Part shown: positions 36,601-48,735 of the stretch, in pieces
Layout of the letters: the number at the start of each line of letters is the position of its first letter
How positions within the stretch are numbered: position 1 is the first letter of the stretch
Assembly (NCBI GenBank): GCA_002256025.1
Contig: NKIB01013019.1
Span: forward strand, 1-64,000
DNA from: Asterionella formosa
Taxonomy: Eukaryota
Direction: 5' to 3'
DNA: 64,000 nt
Position numbers and translations under genes: made by a program
The notes under the pieces: model-generated
The model's input: only the letters and a program-made list of their open reading frames with translations
Database searches by the model: none
Told to the model about the DNA's origin: nothing

Positions 36601-38550
36601 CCGAAATCGAGGAGGAAAATTTAGAAAACGAAATTGAGGACGAAAATTTTGAAGATAATATTAAAAATCTGGCCAGTAAAGAGGGGGAACAAAACACGTC
36701 ACCAGACAAGGAAATGGATGCGAAGTATGGGACCCGAAGCAGTGGATATGAACTACGACCCAGACAACCATGGGACTATAGTCACATGCATACAACTCTT
36801 GAAAATACAGTGATGACACAGCATAACATGAAAAAAGGGATTAAGCTCTTTGGTGATGCCGGAATTGATGCAGTACTAAAGGAAAAACAACAGCTACATG
36901 ACAGAAAGGTCCTAGAGCCAGTGAACGCCAAAGAGATGACAAATGAGGAAAATCAAGGTGCTCTGCAATAGTATTCAATGTTTCTAAAACAAAAGCGGAA
37001 TGGTGTCATAAAGAGACAGGGATGTGCCGATGGCCGAAAGCAGAGAGCATATACAAACAAGGAAAAGGCAAGTTCACCAACTGTGGCTATCGAATCAGTA
37101 CTGCTATCCTGTGTAATCGATGCAATGGAAGGTCGCGATGTTGCCACAATTGACATACCCAGGGCATTCATGCAGGCGGATATGGAGGATGTCGTTCACG
37201 TGAAGTTGGAAGGTAAAATGGCCGAACTCCTTGTGCGAATAGATCCCAAACTATACCGCAAACATGTGCAGATGCAAGGGGGTAAGCAGGTCTAATATGT
37301 GGAGCTAAAGAAAGCACTGCATGGAACTCTCAAAGCAGCGCTGTTTTTTTGGAAGAAACTCACAATGAAATTGAAACAATGGGGATTTGAGGTGAATCCA
37401 TACGATTGGTGTGTAATGAACAAGACAATTGATGGGACCCAATGCACAACATTATGGCATGTGGATGATCTAAAGATATCTCATGCCAAGCCAAATGTGG
37501 TTACCAAGGTAATCAAACAGTTGGAGGCGGAGTTTGGCATTGAGACACCCCTTGCAAAGACATGTGGAAAAGTTCATGAATACCTAAGCATGATTCTTGA
37601 TTTTACTACACCAGGAAAAGTCATGGTGGTGTCAATGAAGGATTTCATTGAACGGATGATAAACGAGCTACCAACAGACATTGATGGGGAAGCTGTGACT
37701 GCAGCAGCAAATCATCTCTTTGAAGTGAACGAAACAGACCCAATCAAGTTAACAAGGAACAATCCGCAATGTTTCATCATAACGTGGCCAAGCTGTTGTT
37801 TTTATGTAAACGTGCCCGCCCGGATATTCAGACTGCAGTGGCCTTTCTATGTACACGTGTTAAGGCTCCTGACACCGATGATTACAAAAAATTGACTCGG
37901 GTAATGAGGTATTTACGAGCAACCTTGAATATGCCACTAACACTGGAGGCAGAGAGTATGCAAATAGTCAAATGGTGGGTCGATGCTTCATTTGCTGTTC
38001 ACACAGACATGAAAAGTCACACTGGAGCTGTAATGAACCTAGGAAAAGGAGGAATATATGCCACATCAACCAGGCAAAGAATTAACACAAGAAGTTCCAT
38101 GGAAAGTGAGCTTGTAGGAGTCAACGATGCAATGCCATAGATATTGTGGACAATATTTCTTGGAAGCTCAAGGGTATGACGTTAAAGATTCAATTATATT
38201 CCAGGATAATCAGAGCGCAATACTGTTGGAAAAGAATGTCAAGGCATCGAGCAGCAAAAGAAATCGCCATATTAACATCAGATACTTTTTTGTTACTGAT
38301 CGTATTGAGGCAAAAGAGGTGTCAGTTCAATACTGCCCCACACAAGAGATGGTTTTAGAGCGTCCTTTTCCAGAAATTTAGAAACGAGATTATGAATGTT
38401 GATCCAGCGACTGTTAGCTTCCAGGATCACAGGAGTGTGTTAGGAAATATGGACATACAAGATACAGACGATGAATGGATTAAAGTACAAGGAAAGAAAA
38501 AGAAGAAAGAAGCCACGTCCACAGTGAAGGCTACGCGGCTGAATGAGTAG
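33601..38550 (+). pseudogene. Copia gag-pol, disrupted by stops, frameshifts and deletions
   Basis: ATG at 33601. Fragments 33601-34488, 34631-35482, 35479-35958, 35928-36971, 36978-37895, 37769-38140 and 38127-38381. The terminal frame ends at TAG 38548-38550. Confidence 0.9.
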
Positions 38551-38695
38551 GTATATATACATAGTTAACATGAGTTCTGCTCATTCTTTACTAATTATTC
38601 GGTTTGCATCGAAAAAGCCTCCCCTGTAGACTGTCTTCTGTCCATTGTTGTCTTACAGACACAATAGAAAACAGTCCGAACTTGTGGATTTAACA
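38438..38695 (+). repeat. 3' LTR (258 bp)
   Basis: Direct repeat of 33316-33573, preceded by CACAGGAGTG (short PPT-like sequence). Confidence 0.97.
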
Positions 38696-39186
38696 GGTTG
38701 TATTACATGCAGAGGAATCAGTGCAGCAGTGGGAATGGCCGCATCGAAAACAATGTTACCAAAAGGATTCGACATGCTAGGCAAGTCAATTTTTCTTCTC
38801 TGCTCCATCGCTCACCGTTGGTCATCAGCCTATCAATTGCTGCGCCAACAAACAACAATCAACAACACCAGTCCAAACCGCGCTTCAGAAAAACGGTGAA
38901 TTGTGGTAGTTACCGTACACCTTATGGTGTGGTACCTGGTACTGGTACCTTGTACCTCCATTCTGTACTGCCTCCGCTAGCCTGACGCATAGCATTGGTA
39001 ATCGTTCGTCGCCCTTTTCGTCGAGCTCCCCGTGTAGTTGGTGTCCACTGTTTCCATCGTAGCACGTGCGGGCATAAGAAATGTTTCAACATTTGTACAT
39101 TATTTTTTTTGTCGTCAATGAAAGTTTATTTTTTCTGACAAAACCTCCTGCAGTGTGACTCACGCTTAGATCGATCAACTTCGACG

Positions 39187-40198
39187 ATGGCGAAATCGAT
39201 GGCTTGCCTTCTGGTCGTCTTGTTAGGGCGAGGATGCAGCTTCGTTCCGCGTCTCACACAGCACCACGTCATGTTGGCGCACTACTCTACTGCAGATCCA
39301 CAAATCTTCTTGCCGACGGCATTGGATCTAACCCTTCTCAAGTCCGACCTTGTAAAACTGTGCTGTCGATCACCCAAGGCTTCGTTGAAAGAGTTGCAGA
39401 CGATGGTTCAAGAAGTTGAAGGTATGGGAGAACAGGTGTGTCTACCTTTTTTAAACATTGTCGTGATGGACGGACCCGAACATGCGCCGATTGATGCCGC
39501 TTCTGATTTGTTTGCCTCTCTCTGTTTCAGCTTGGTTTTGGACAGTGTTCTTCCAGCAACGGACTTCTCTCTGGAGAGTGGTGAGTGTGTGTGGCTATAG
39601 TCTCAAAGATTTGAAAAACGACAATACTATCTCACATTTCTGAGGCCTTACCAGGGAACTCCTGTATTCCCCCGAGGATGTCACACGAAGTTCACCGTTT
39701 TTCTGGGCCTTCCGCCAGGCGTTTCCCGAGCAGGCCGACGAAATCTTCAGCATCACTGATAATATACCGGCGCCCCTCAAAGAAGTTGGGCCAGCATTTC
39801 AAGTAATTGATTTCAATGAGAGCTCACAATCAGGGCGTTTTGTGTCCAAGGTGAAGGTTGCAACATTAGGGGGGTTCGCAACGAGCATCATGACAACTCG
39901 AGCATCCATCACTGGTGTAGCTGGCTTGGACGGCATCAAGCTCAAGATTGAAACTACGAAACCTGAAGATTCCAGTGTAGTGCAATCCATCTTTGGTCCC
40001 TTGGGTGCTGTGATCAACGAAAATGTTCCTGCGTTTCCCTCCGGAGAAGTTCTGGAGAAGGTGCAGCCTGGGAGTTCCGAAGTTATTTTGCGGAGTACAT
40101 ACTGTGACGAGAGTTTGAGGATCAGTAGAAACGACAACGCTTATGACGAAGTCTATGTATGGAGACGTCGCGAGTTTGCGAGCTTTGAAATGTTGTAA
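39187..40198 (+). CDS. Plastid lipid-associated protein (PAP)/fibrillin, 3 exons (39187-39435, 39531-39580, 39655-40198)
   Basis: Spliced product contains LLSGEWELLYS...RSSPFFWAF and a C-terminal STYCDESLRISR. GT-AG introns keep the frame. The N-terminal signal peptide ends in GCS-FVP (ASAFAP-like plastid targeting). Confidence 0.88.
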
Positions 40199-41539
40199 AC
40201 GTTGCATTATCCACTCTTAAATGCAGTAGTACCTTATGGCATAAGAAATTTGTTGCATTGTCCTTAACAACTAAATTTACCTGCACACAGAGACTTGTCA
40301 GGTGCTGTCAATAATGGTGCTGCTACATATGAGTGTTATGGGTGACCAATATATCATTTACCATATCAAACATAGTAGCCAAGAAAATTATTGATTTGTC
40401 AACTATTCATTTACTTGGTTTAAGTTCACTCTGAGAAATTTGGTGAGGAAACGACTTCAACAAACTCTCTCGCTCATGAAAGGAAATTGCAGACATCACT
40501 GTAAACCTGAAATAGTAAATAGTGCCTCCTTTCATTGACTGATTTCCATGAATCAGGATGACTAGTTTGGTTAAAAGAAACTCGGAGAATGAAGCAGATG
40601 TGAAGCAGAAACTAGAACGACTATTGATGAATTTGGCGTTTGTGTCATGTCATTTTTATTTAACCTTTACCCTCTGTAGTAGACCCTATCATTACTGGTA
40701 GCACTGTTGTAGGACTCAACCCAACTGTCCCCAGTCCACTAAAGTGCTCATACACCTAGACATAAGCAAGGGACCTAAATAAGTGGTGATGAGTGAATGC
40801 GAACAAAATGAGTTGCTTAACAGGCTGGAAACATTAAACTTATTCAATTCCCTTTAATACACACTAGAGCTGAAAGCCGCATGGCAACACACATGCTCGC
40901 TGGAGTTATCCGTAGGACTACAGGTACACTGCTGATATATGTTTAGAGGATAAGCTCACTTATTACAACCTGAACGATGAAATTGTTTGCACAAGAGTAT
41001 ATATGTAGCTACATACGTCTGTTGTTTGAGGTAGCTTGGTCCACCTTCTCGAGGTACATACATTTGAAGCAAGCTACCAGTTATAAATGGCTTTGAGCCA
41101 CGTTATTATACCATTTTCCGACTAATTCTAGAATTATGCGAAGATCGATCCCCTCTTTCGCCCTTTGGCATGATATTAGTTACTTCATTAAGCTACATGA
41201 GAAATAAACCATTTTTTTACTTGAACGCATATTTAATGAGATCTATCCATTTTAAAAGTGACAAAAACGGCTGAAGTGACTCAAAGCCATTGATTAAAAC
41301 TTTACCATACAGGTAGATGTTTTTATAGGTGACGGTTAGAAAATATTATATCGTTTGCATGGTTTTTTCGCAGCCAGGAGCTGCATCTTTCTTCTACTGG
41401 TGGTGTTGTTCCAATTTTATTTTGTTGGTTCCATCAAAGACTCCTTGCATTTTTCGCAGTAGTCATAGTCATTGCTTTGTTCTTCGACTGGTTGGTGATC
41501 CTCCCATCATATCTTGTCATGTAATACTAGGAATGACCA

Positions 41540-42240
41540 AAGGGTGAGGAAGTGGTGCTGTCACAGTTGCAACTGGTACTGCAGTGTTGCCATGCATCAT
41601 GTTGTCATTCCATTTCCAGCATCCTCATGATTGCGATACTGTACAACCTAATCAACTAGGGTTTGAGTGATACCTTGGCACAAAATTAGTCCGGGTGGGG
41701 AAAGAAAGAGACTGGTTGATTATTGTTTGCTTCTGCTTGCAGATTCAATACTTGTCGGTTGAATTTCTGGATGGAGCTACAAGTTGTGGTTCAATGAACC
41801 CAAACTTGTTCAGCATTAGCTTTTTGGTTTGTAGCGAAATGGGCAAAGGATTCATCCCAAGCCTCTGAAACCAGATCAACAAAAGTCATCCTTTTCAACA
41901 GCAAATGCAGCTCCGCGCCTTTCCTTTTGATTGAGTAAGTCTCTCTTGCATTTTGTGAGTTGGGGTGACTTTTTAGTCAGGGCAGAAATTGATGAGGTAT
42001 GTCCTGCCAATGACTGTGCACCAAATGGTAGTTTGCCATTGTTATTTGCCTTCAAAGTTTCTAATTCCATAACTATATAATATAAAATAAGCGACACTAC
42101 ACCAGTCTTATCCAGTCCTTTGAGTTAGGTATCACCTTGTACTTTTTGGATGGTTGAGGTTGTTTTGTTGCTGTAGGTTTCATCGTTGTTAATAAGATGA
42201 TCGCGATTCGCTTCATCTTTTGGTGTGTTGGAAGCAATTT
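41540..42240 (-). pseudogene. pogo/DDE-like transposase remnant, internally deleted
   Basis: LKANNNGKLPFGA (N-terminal part) is joined to LTKCKRDLL...AVEKDD...VSEAWDESFAHFATNQKANAE..WGSLNHNL*LHPEI, which resembles diatom DDE transposase C-termini. Confidence 0.55.
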
Positions 42241-42254
42241 CTGCTGTGAATTAC

Positions 42255-45200
42255 GGGCTCTGACATGAAAAAATGGCTTAGTAGGAATGTCTTCTTGCAT
42301 ATCAGGGTAGAATTCTTTCCATTTAGCCGATGCCCATGTTTTTTTGACCAATCTCGTTCATAAGGGTCTATAACCAATTTACAGGAGATATGTTTTCGAA
42401 GATATGCAAAAATGCGTAAGACAGCCAACATATTATAGGAGATATGTTTTCAAAGATATGCAAAAATGCGTAATACAGCCACCATATGACCTTGACGAGG
42501 GGCTGCCATGAAAGAGGCGATGGTGGATCCTGGGTGTGCAATGTCAATACAGCCCAGTTCAATGGCCCATCGTAAAATTCCGATATAACTTTGGTATAGA
42601 ATGGTTTCTGTATTGCTCAGAAAATCTGATTTACCCAGCTCAGGATGATAGTCTGGTAGGGCTGGAGAATCCAACTTTGCTTTGAATAATGGTTTTAATG
42701 GTCCATATGATTCTTTAATAACAGGAATAGCTTTGGCGAGATAGTCTTCACCAGCTGAGGTATACCACGTTTCATGCCCATTGGCCAGTTGATTTTCACC
42801 TATCTTTGCGCCCAGATATCTTGTTGGTGGTCCAACATCTTTTAAAGATATAATAGGAAGGGAGAATTTGCGAATGAGCATATGATTGTGCTGGAATCCT
42901 TCTTGGAAATACATAGGATGTCATCAACATATATAAGGATGTACTCATAATATTCGAAACCCTCTGTTGTGACAGCCAGTCTCTCGACACCACATATAAT
43001 GATCCGCGTAAGTTGGGATGAAGCTGATGTCTTGCAGTGTGGCCGCAAAATGCGAACGCCAGGCAGCTCCAGAGCTCTTTCGTCCAATGTAATTTTTCTT
43101 TCCCCTCCCCTGACGTCGTCGTGATATTTCACCCAGTCAGCCATAGAAATTGAATGGTAAATACTCTGATATGTCAGAGGTGATGCCGGTGAGTAAATCA
43201 AGTTGGTTACAATCATTAGTTAGCTAAGGGGCGTGCCATCCATTCGCGGATCTGAGAAGTGTATTCAAGACCTTAGTCCCAGAAGCGTTCAGGATTTTTG
43301 GCTCGATGTATGATGCGCCTGAAATGTCGTTTTAAGTCTTGTATCTCGCGTTCGGCTCAGTTTTGCCAAGGGGAATAGGGCTCGGTCAGATGTTGTTGGA
43401 AAAGACAGTTATTTCCTCCTAACATATTACCAGCAGTCAGAACCAGTTTCTTCTCCTGCATTGTCTGGGACTAGCTAGGTACTACTTAGGGATACCAACA
43501 GTGGTACAATAGAGGTCAAGTTTTTCAAATGCTTGTCCTTTACTTGTGAGAGGGTAGGTGCATGCATGACCTCCATTTGTAACAAACAATAGTTCACATG
43601 TATTACCATGGATGCTGGTGTTTTCATTAAACAATGTGTCAGTGAACACGCCAGAACGGAGATGGGGGTATCTTAAATGTGCCTGTCTCGTGCGGAAGCA
43701 GCAAGTAAGCTGGTCATCACTATAGCGCATTCCTCTTTGCGTAGTTGCATCCATGGTGTTCTTGGTCAAAGACTCACTGATCGCCAAACATCAAGCAAGA
43801 GTAGCTTGATCGATTTGTGATCGGTGGTCCATACTAGACGTGTTGGCGATGAATCGATTTTGTAGAAAGTCATATGGGATGTCAGTTGAGAGCTCATCTG
43901 ATTGAGTAGGTGTTACAGACACCATTTTTAATGCACTGGGGGTGAGTTAAGTTTCGGCGCTCTTGCTTAATAAAACAGGAGTCATTTGTTGGCTCGTCAT
44001 TTCTATCCAGCGGCAGTTTTTCAATTCATCTTCTGTGGTTATTCTGACTGAAAAATACGATATGCATCCGTGAAGTTGAAAAGGAATTATGAGCCCCCCA
44101 GCCAGATGAGGGGCCCAGGTCTTCCATTCCATGGATCGAATGACGCGAATATTAATGAGGTAGTGGATCACAAACAAAGCCATTGTCACACACTTGTTGT
44201 GGTGGAATCAGGGATGTCTCCATTGTTTTTCCAAAATAGAGGGCTTCATGAAAGACAAGTATGAATGTCTCATGGTGTTCAATGGTGTCATATGCTGTTA
44301 CAACTTGTGTGATGGGAATACCACTTGTTGCTCCAAGATCACTGTGAAAGCCGCTAAAATTGGCAATGTGACATGTGTGATGTATGAGAGCAAACCCTTG
44401 GCCTGCACAAACAGTATCATCTCGAGTATCAATTTCAGCTCTATACTGGCCAATGCAATCGTCTGACTCTTGTATTTTGTTGATTTTACAAATGTGGCAA
44501 TTTATGGTGTTTCTGGCATGCCGCTGATCATGCTCGATGCATTGTCAGCTGTTGTATCAGTTGTACTTGCACCGGCTGTGCGCACAGCTGTTGCCATACC
44601 GGGATTGGTTATGTCGACTTGTCGGAGGGCATTTCGACCTTGCAGCATGTATCGTCTTTGTCACGGGGTTCAGGAATCCAACACCACTTGTTGAAGGATA
44701 TAATCAGTTCCTTGGTCATGTCCATGACCTCGACCTGGTGTCCCTGCTGCATTGTTATGATCACCACGTACCCCCCCCCCCTATTTTTGTTGTAGCGTCC
44801 ACCTCTATAGCCAACTCTTCCTTTGTTGTCACAACCTCGGCCGCCGCCCCTGAATGCGCGGGAGCGAGTTTGTGTTGCCTATACTCCGTTCATCACATTT
44901 ACGTGTGTTTGAGGATGAGGTGGCAGGCTTCTACTGTTTCCAGAGGTCCTTCATTTTAATTACTGCAGCTTGAAGATCTGCTTTTGTTTTTTCGTTGTCC
45001 ATGATGAGGAATTTAAGTCCTTGCATGCTCTGGTGTTTGATACCATCCAAGAATTTACGAACTTGTGTAAAACCATCATGTTGGACATTTAATTCTTCCA
45101 TTTCAATGTTAAAAGTTAAATGGATTGAGCAATACTGTTCAAATGTGAATTGGGATCTGTCTTCTCTGTAGAATGCATCATCAATTCTTGCATCTGCTTC

Positions 45201-45800
45201 TTTAATCTTAGCATTGCGTGAATCTTGACCATCCATTATCGTTATAAGCACCTGCCATGCTGATCTCCCACCCTGTGTGGAACGGTAACAATCAACGAGG
45301 GCTTCCATTGTGCCGCCACTTGTCCAGCTAATTAAAACTTGGAAGAATTCATAGCTAGTTGTCTGCCTGATAAACAAACACTCCCGTGATGTGGGGGTAT
45401 CCCTGATAGTCATACTCATGTCGTTGTCCTCGGTTTCGATATATCCATGTTCTTCTCTCCTGAGGTACAGAAAAGTGACATTGTTTCAATTGAGGCGTTT
45501 AGCCATGTAAGCAATGAGCTCACATTTTCTCTTATGCCAATCTTGTGGCTTGCCAAGCCGTGGTTCGGGTTCTTTTATATCGCGGACATTGCTCCTTTCA
45601 GAGGTGTCAAAGGTGCGCTTTTGGCCGTTTCCAACCTGTTCAAGCATCTTTGTTAGTTCTTCATTTCTAAAATAGTTTGAAGTTCCATTTCCGAAGCCTT
45701 CATTTGATTGTTGTTATTTGATCCACATCTTTAATGCCATCAATCGCAATTTCTTTCCTTTTTTGTAGGACAATTTGTCTGCAAATAAAATCCTTCATAC
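42255..45800 (-). mobile_element. Degenerate, internally deleted Ty1/Copia (no LTRs found)
   Basis: gag GRSAWQVL...FTFEQYC, protease IDTRDDTVCAG, integrase LRYPHLRSGVFTDT and LLTGITSDISEYL, RT KSSGAAWRSHFA, YYEYILIYVDDIL, YQSYIGILRWAIELGCIDI. Confidence 0.9.
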
Positions 45801-47140
45801 TAGGATTGTGATCATCTGATCATAATTTTTGTTATTTCATCTAATAATTTTGATAAATGCCCTTGTATTTTAAATAGTAACCCTTTTGATTATGTATATT
45901 TAATTATTATATGTATCGTTTCTATTAGATTGCTGTATTTGAATTTCTTGGTAGGAAAGTGTACCAGCTAAAGTAATGTAATTTGGCTCATCATCCTCTC
46001 CAGTCCTCACTCTGATTCTTGCAACAACGACAAAGCATCCATGTCGAGAGGAACAAGTGTTTGTATAAAATCTTCATTTGTTGTTCAAGTCATCATATGT
46101 CTTTGATTAATCATCATCTACATTGCACAGTATGTTCGTACTATGCAATCCGTTAAGAGCTTGAAAAGAAATCCTATGAAAACTAAATGGCTCATCACAC
46201 AACACAAATATTTCCGGTCTGTCACCAGAGCATCAATCAGTGTTACAACCTCAATCATAGCTAAACAACATCCATTATAGAACAGCACAATCTACTTCTA
46301 TGTTAAATCGTCTATCTAACGAGAACATAATACATTTAGAGTTGAAACGCAGCATAGCAGGCAATATGCACAAAGAAGCAAGAGCCTTTCTATGTATAGT
46401 AACAGAGTGATTCTGGTTTCAAAATTTTTGATGTCTCATTAGATTTACTTTGTCATCGTACTAGTTCCTTACCTTTGACGACAGGAGCGTTTCTTTGATG
46501 TATCTGAAATGGTTCAATGGATGGCAACAGTCGGATTTAGACACAAACCTCTACAAAAGCACTACTTTGTAGATGTTCATGAAAAGCCAGACACTTTGGC
46601 CTATCTCCAACCAGCCAGTCTATACTGCAAAAATGCAAAAAGCACAAGTTGAACGCCCATTTATGGATTCAAGTTTCAGTAGTGCAATGTAAAACATCAG
46701 AAGCCGGAAGTAACATTTCATCTAATTACGGTTTTCAGTTTACTAGTAGAATTGATTGAGAGGAAGCAATGGTAGGATGACAAACAGGCGGGGTCAAACA
46801 ACACAGAGAAGCCTAATTTTTCTCCCCAATGATCCCAGACCCTCTTGGATGTACTAGCTTGCTACAAAAAATGGAGAACAGCCGCCATGATCTGTTGATT
46901 GTTGCTGTATGGTGCCACTGACCAAAACCTCCAGAAATCTCAATGAGTTGCTTGTTTCTTGACTTGAATGCCAAAGGGATCAAAACCAGTGGAAAAAACA
47001 AGAGGGAACTAAAAATTCTCTGCAAACATCAGGACAATTGTGAAAGAGAAATGGAGGTTCTTGGGAGGAGAAGTAAAGGGATAATTGCTGCTGGTCTTGT
47101 GGGAACAAGAATGAATTGACCCAAACAATGTTGACAAATA

Positions 47141-48735
47141 CTAGTTACCTCCATCTACAATTCCGATTACTGGTACAGCCGCCACCAAAAAACCGCTAGG
47201 TAGTCAAATATGATCACCCAAATTAATTATTTGGGTGGCCCAATATGACGAATTTAGCTACGTACATAATTTAAGGGTATGACATCACATAAAAAATGTG
47301 ATGCATCATGCAATTTATATGAACAGAGTGAACTAAAATAGTTTCGACACCTTCCATTACTATTGTAGAAACCCACATAATTTTTGGGGCCAACTGACAA
47401 TATATTCTGGCGACACGAAGAAAAATTTGTTCAGTAATAATCTCTATAATACGCTACTTTTCTCTACAATTCGCAACATTACTGTTCACAAATATTCTTC
47501 ACTCTGACTACCATTAATTCTGTTAGTTCGCTCCCATTTTATCTTTACTTTGATCACATTAACAATACCTCAAGGTTAAACAAATTATGTGTAACCAATC
47601 AACGTTTAAATTAAATTCTTGCTACAATCGCAAAATCAATCAAATTAATCACTTTGCTATATAGTATCTATTGATACTTTCTATAGAACGTGATACTCAA
47701 CCCAATAAGACAAACAATGGATGTTCATTCTTGCAGCTGGATGCTGTAACGATTCGCAAGATTGCCTGGCTACTCATACTTGCAGGAGTCTCTGTCGCTA
47801 CTATCGGTAGATCAATTCATAGCAAATGAGCCAGCTGCTCATTCTCATTGCTTGTCTGTTGTAGGAAGAGGGCAACATTTGCAGAGTGAGTTGATGAGAA
47901 AACAAAATTTGCGAAGCTATGATTTCGGTTCTGTTGTGCTCCTTACCATGTTCCCCACTGTCCAACAACCCAGCCCTCATCAAAATGATCGTCTGCAATC
48001 AGTGAACAGCGGTCGCAGAGTGAGTTCATGGACAAAAAATTGTTACAAAGGCATTGTTCTCGTTGTGCTTAGTACCGTGCCGCCTGATTCCCAACAAATC
48101 CCTTGCTCAACAGATTGATTGTTTGTAGACAAAGAACAGCGAATGCAGAGTAAGTTTGTGATCAACAATTAACAAGCACACAATCAAGCCTTTCTTCTAA
48201 TTCATTACAAATAAGCAATGCCTGCGCTAACAATTCCGAACAAAGACGAAGGAGAATAGGAGAGGAGATCCGCCCACAACAAGCAACAGCAAACAATATC
48301 AGCAGAAGGCAAGAAAACAGTGCACTTGCTTACCATGTATATATTTGTCCTCTATGCACCAGAGGAATCCTTTCAAAAATGCGAAAAACAAATGATTGAT
48401 AGCCTTCCTAGGACAGGCAGAGCACGACGTATTTCATTATTCCCAAGGTTCAACCCTGCCCTGCCAAAACAGATTGATTGTCTGTAGAAAAAGAACAAGG
48501 TTTGCAGAGTAAGTTCATGACTGACCACTTTTCCAATTCCAAACGGCACAAGTAAGAGGAAGAACGAAATGTAGGTAAAGGAACTACAACAGCAATCACG
48601 CATAGTTCCGAACACAAGACGAAGAAAACGAGAGATGGTGCTGAGCAACAACAAAAAGAACCACAACAATGTGGCAAAAGACCTGTTTCCATTTCCCAAA
48701 ATATTAAGTGCTTCCTTTCTGTGATGACAAGGAGC
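47141..48735 (+). mobile_element. 1.6-kb insert specific to copy 2 of the composite repeat, containing degenerate tandem units
   Basis: Absent from copy 1, where the flanks join at about 14327-14335. Near its start are TACAGCCGCCACC and the palindrome CACCCAAATTAATTATTTGGGTG. Four related GCAGAGTRAGTT units. Confidence 0.65.

Larger units (their letters stand above)
33316..38695 (+). mobile_element. Full-length but coding-defective Ty1/Copia LTR retrotransposon (diatom CoDi-like)
   Basis: Two 258-bp LTRs (TG...CA) and a TSD GGTCG/GGTTG. Domain order gag (CHKCGKQGHFADKC zinc knuckle), protease (WILLDNQSTVDVF), integrase, RT (WHVDDLKISH), RNase H (WWVDASFAVH, QDNQSA, RHINIRYFF). Confidence 0.97.

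Noticed and set aside
47865..48508. Possible CRISPR-like repeat-spacer array
   Set aside because: The units are diverged, the spacing is long and irregular, there are no cas genes and the context is eukaryotic
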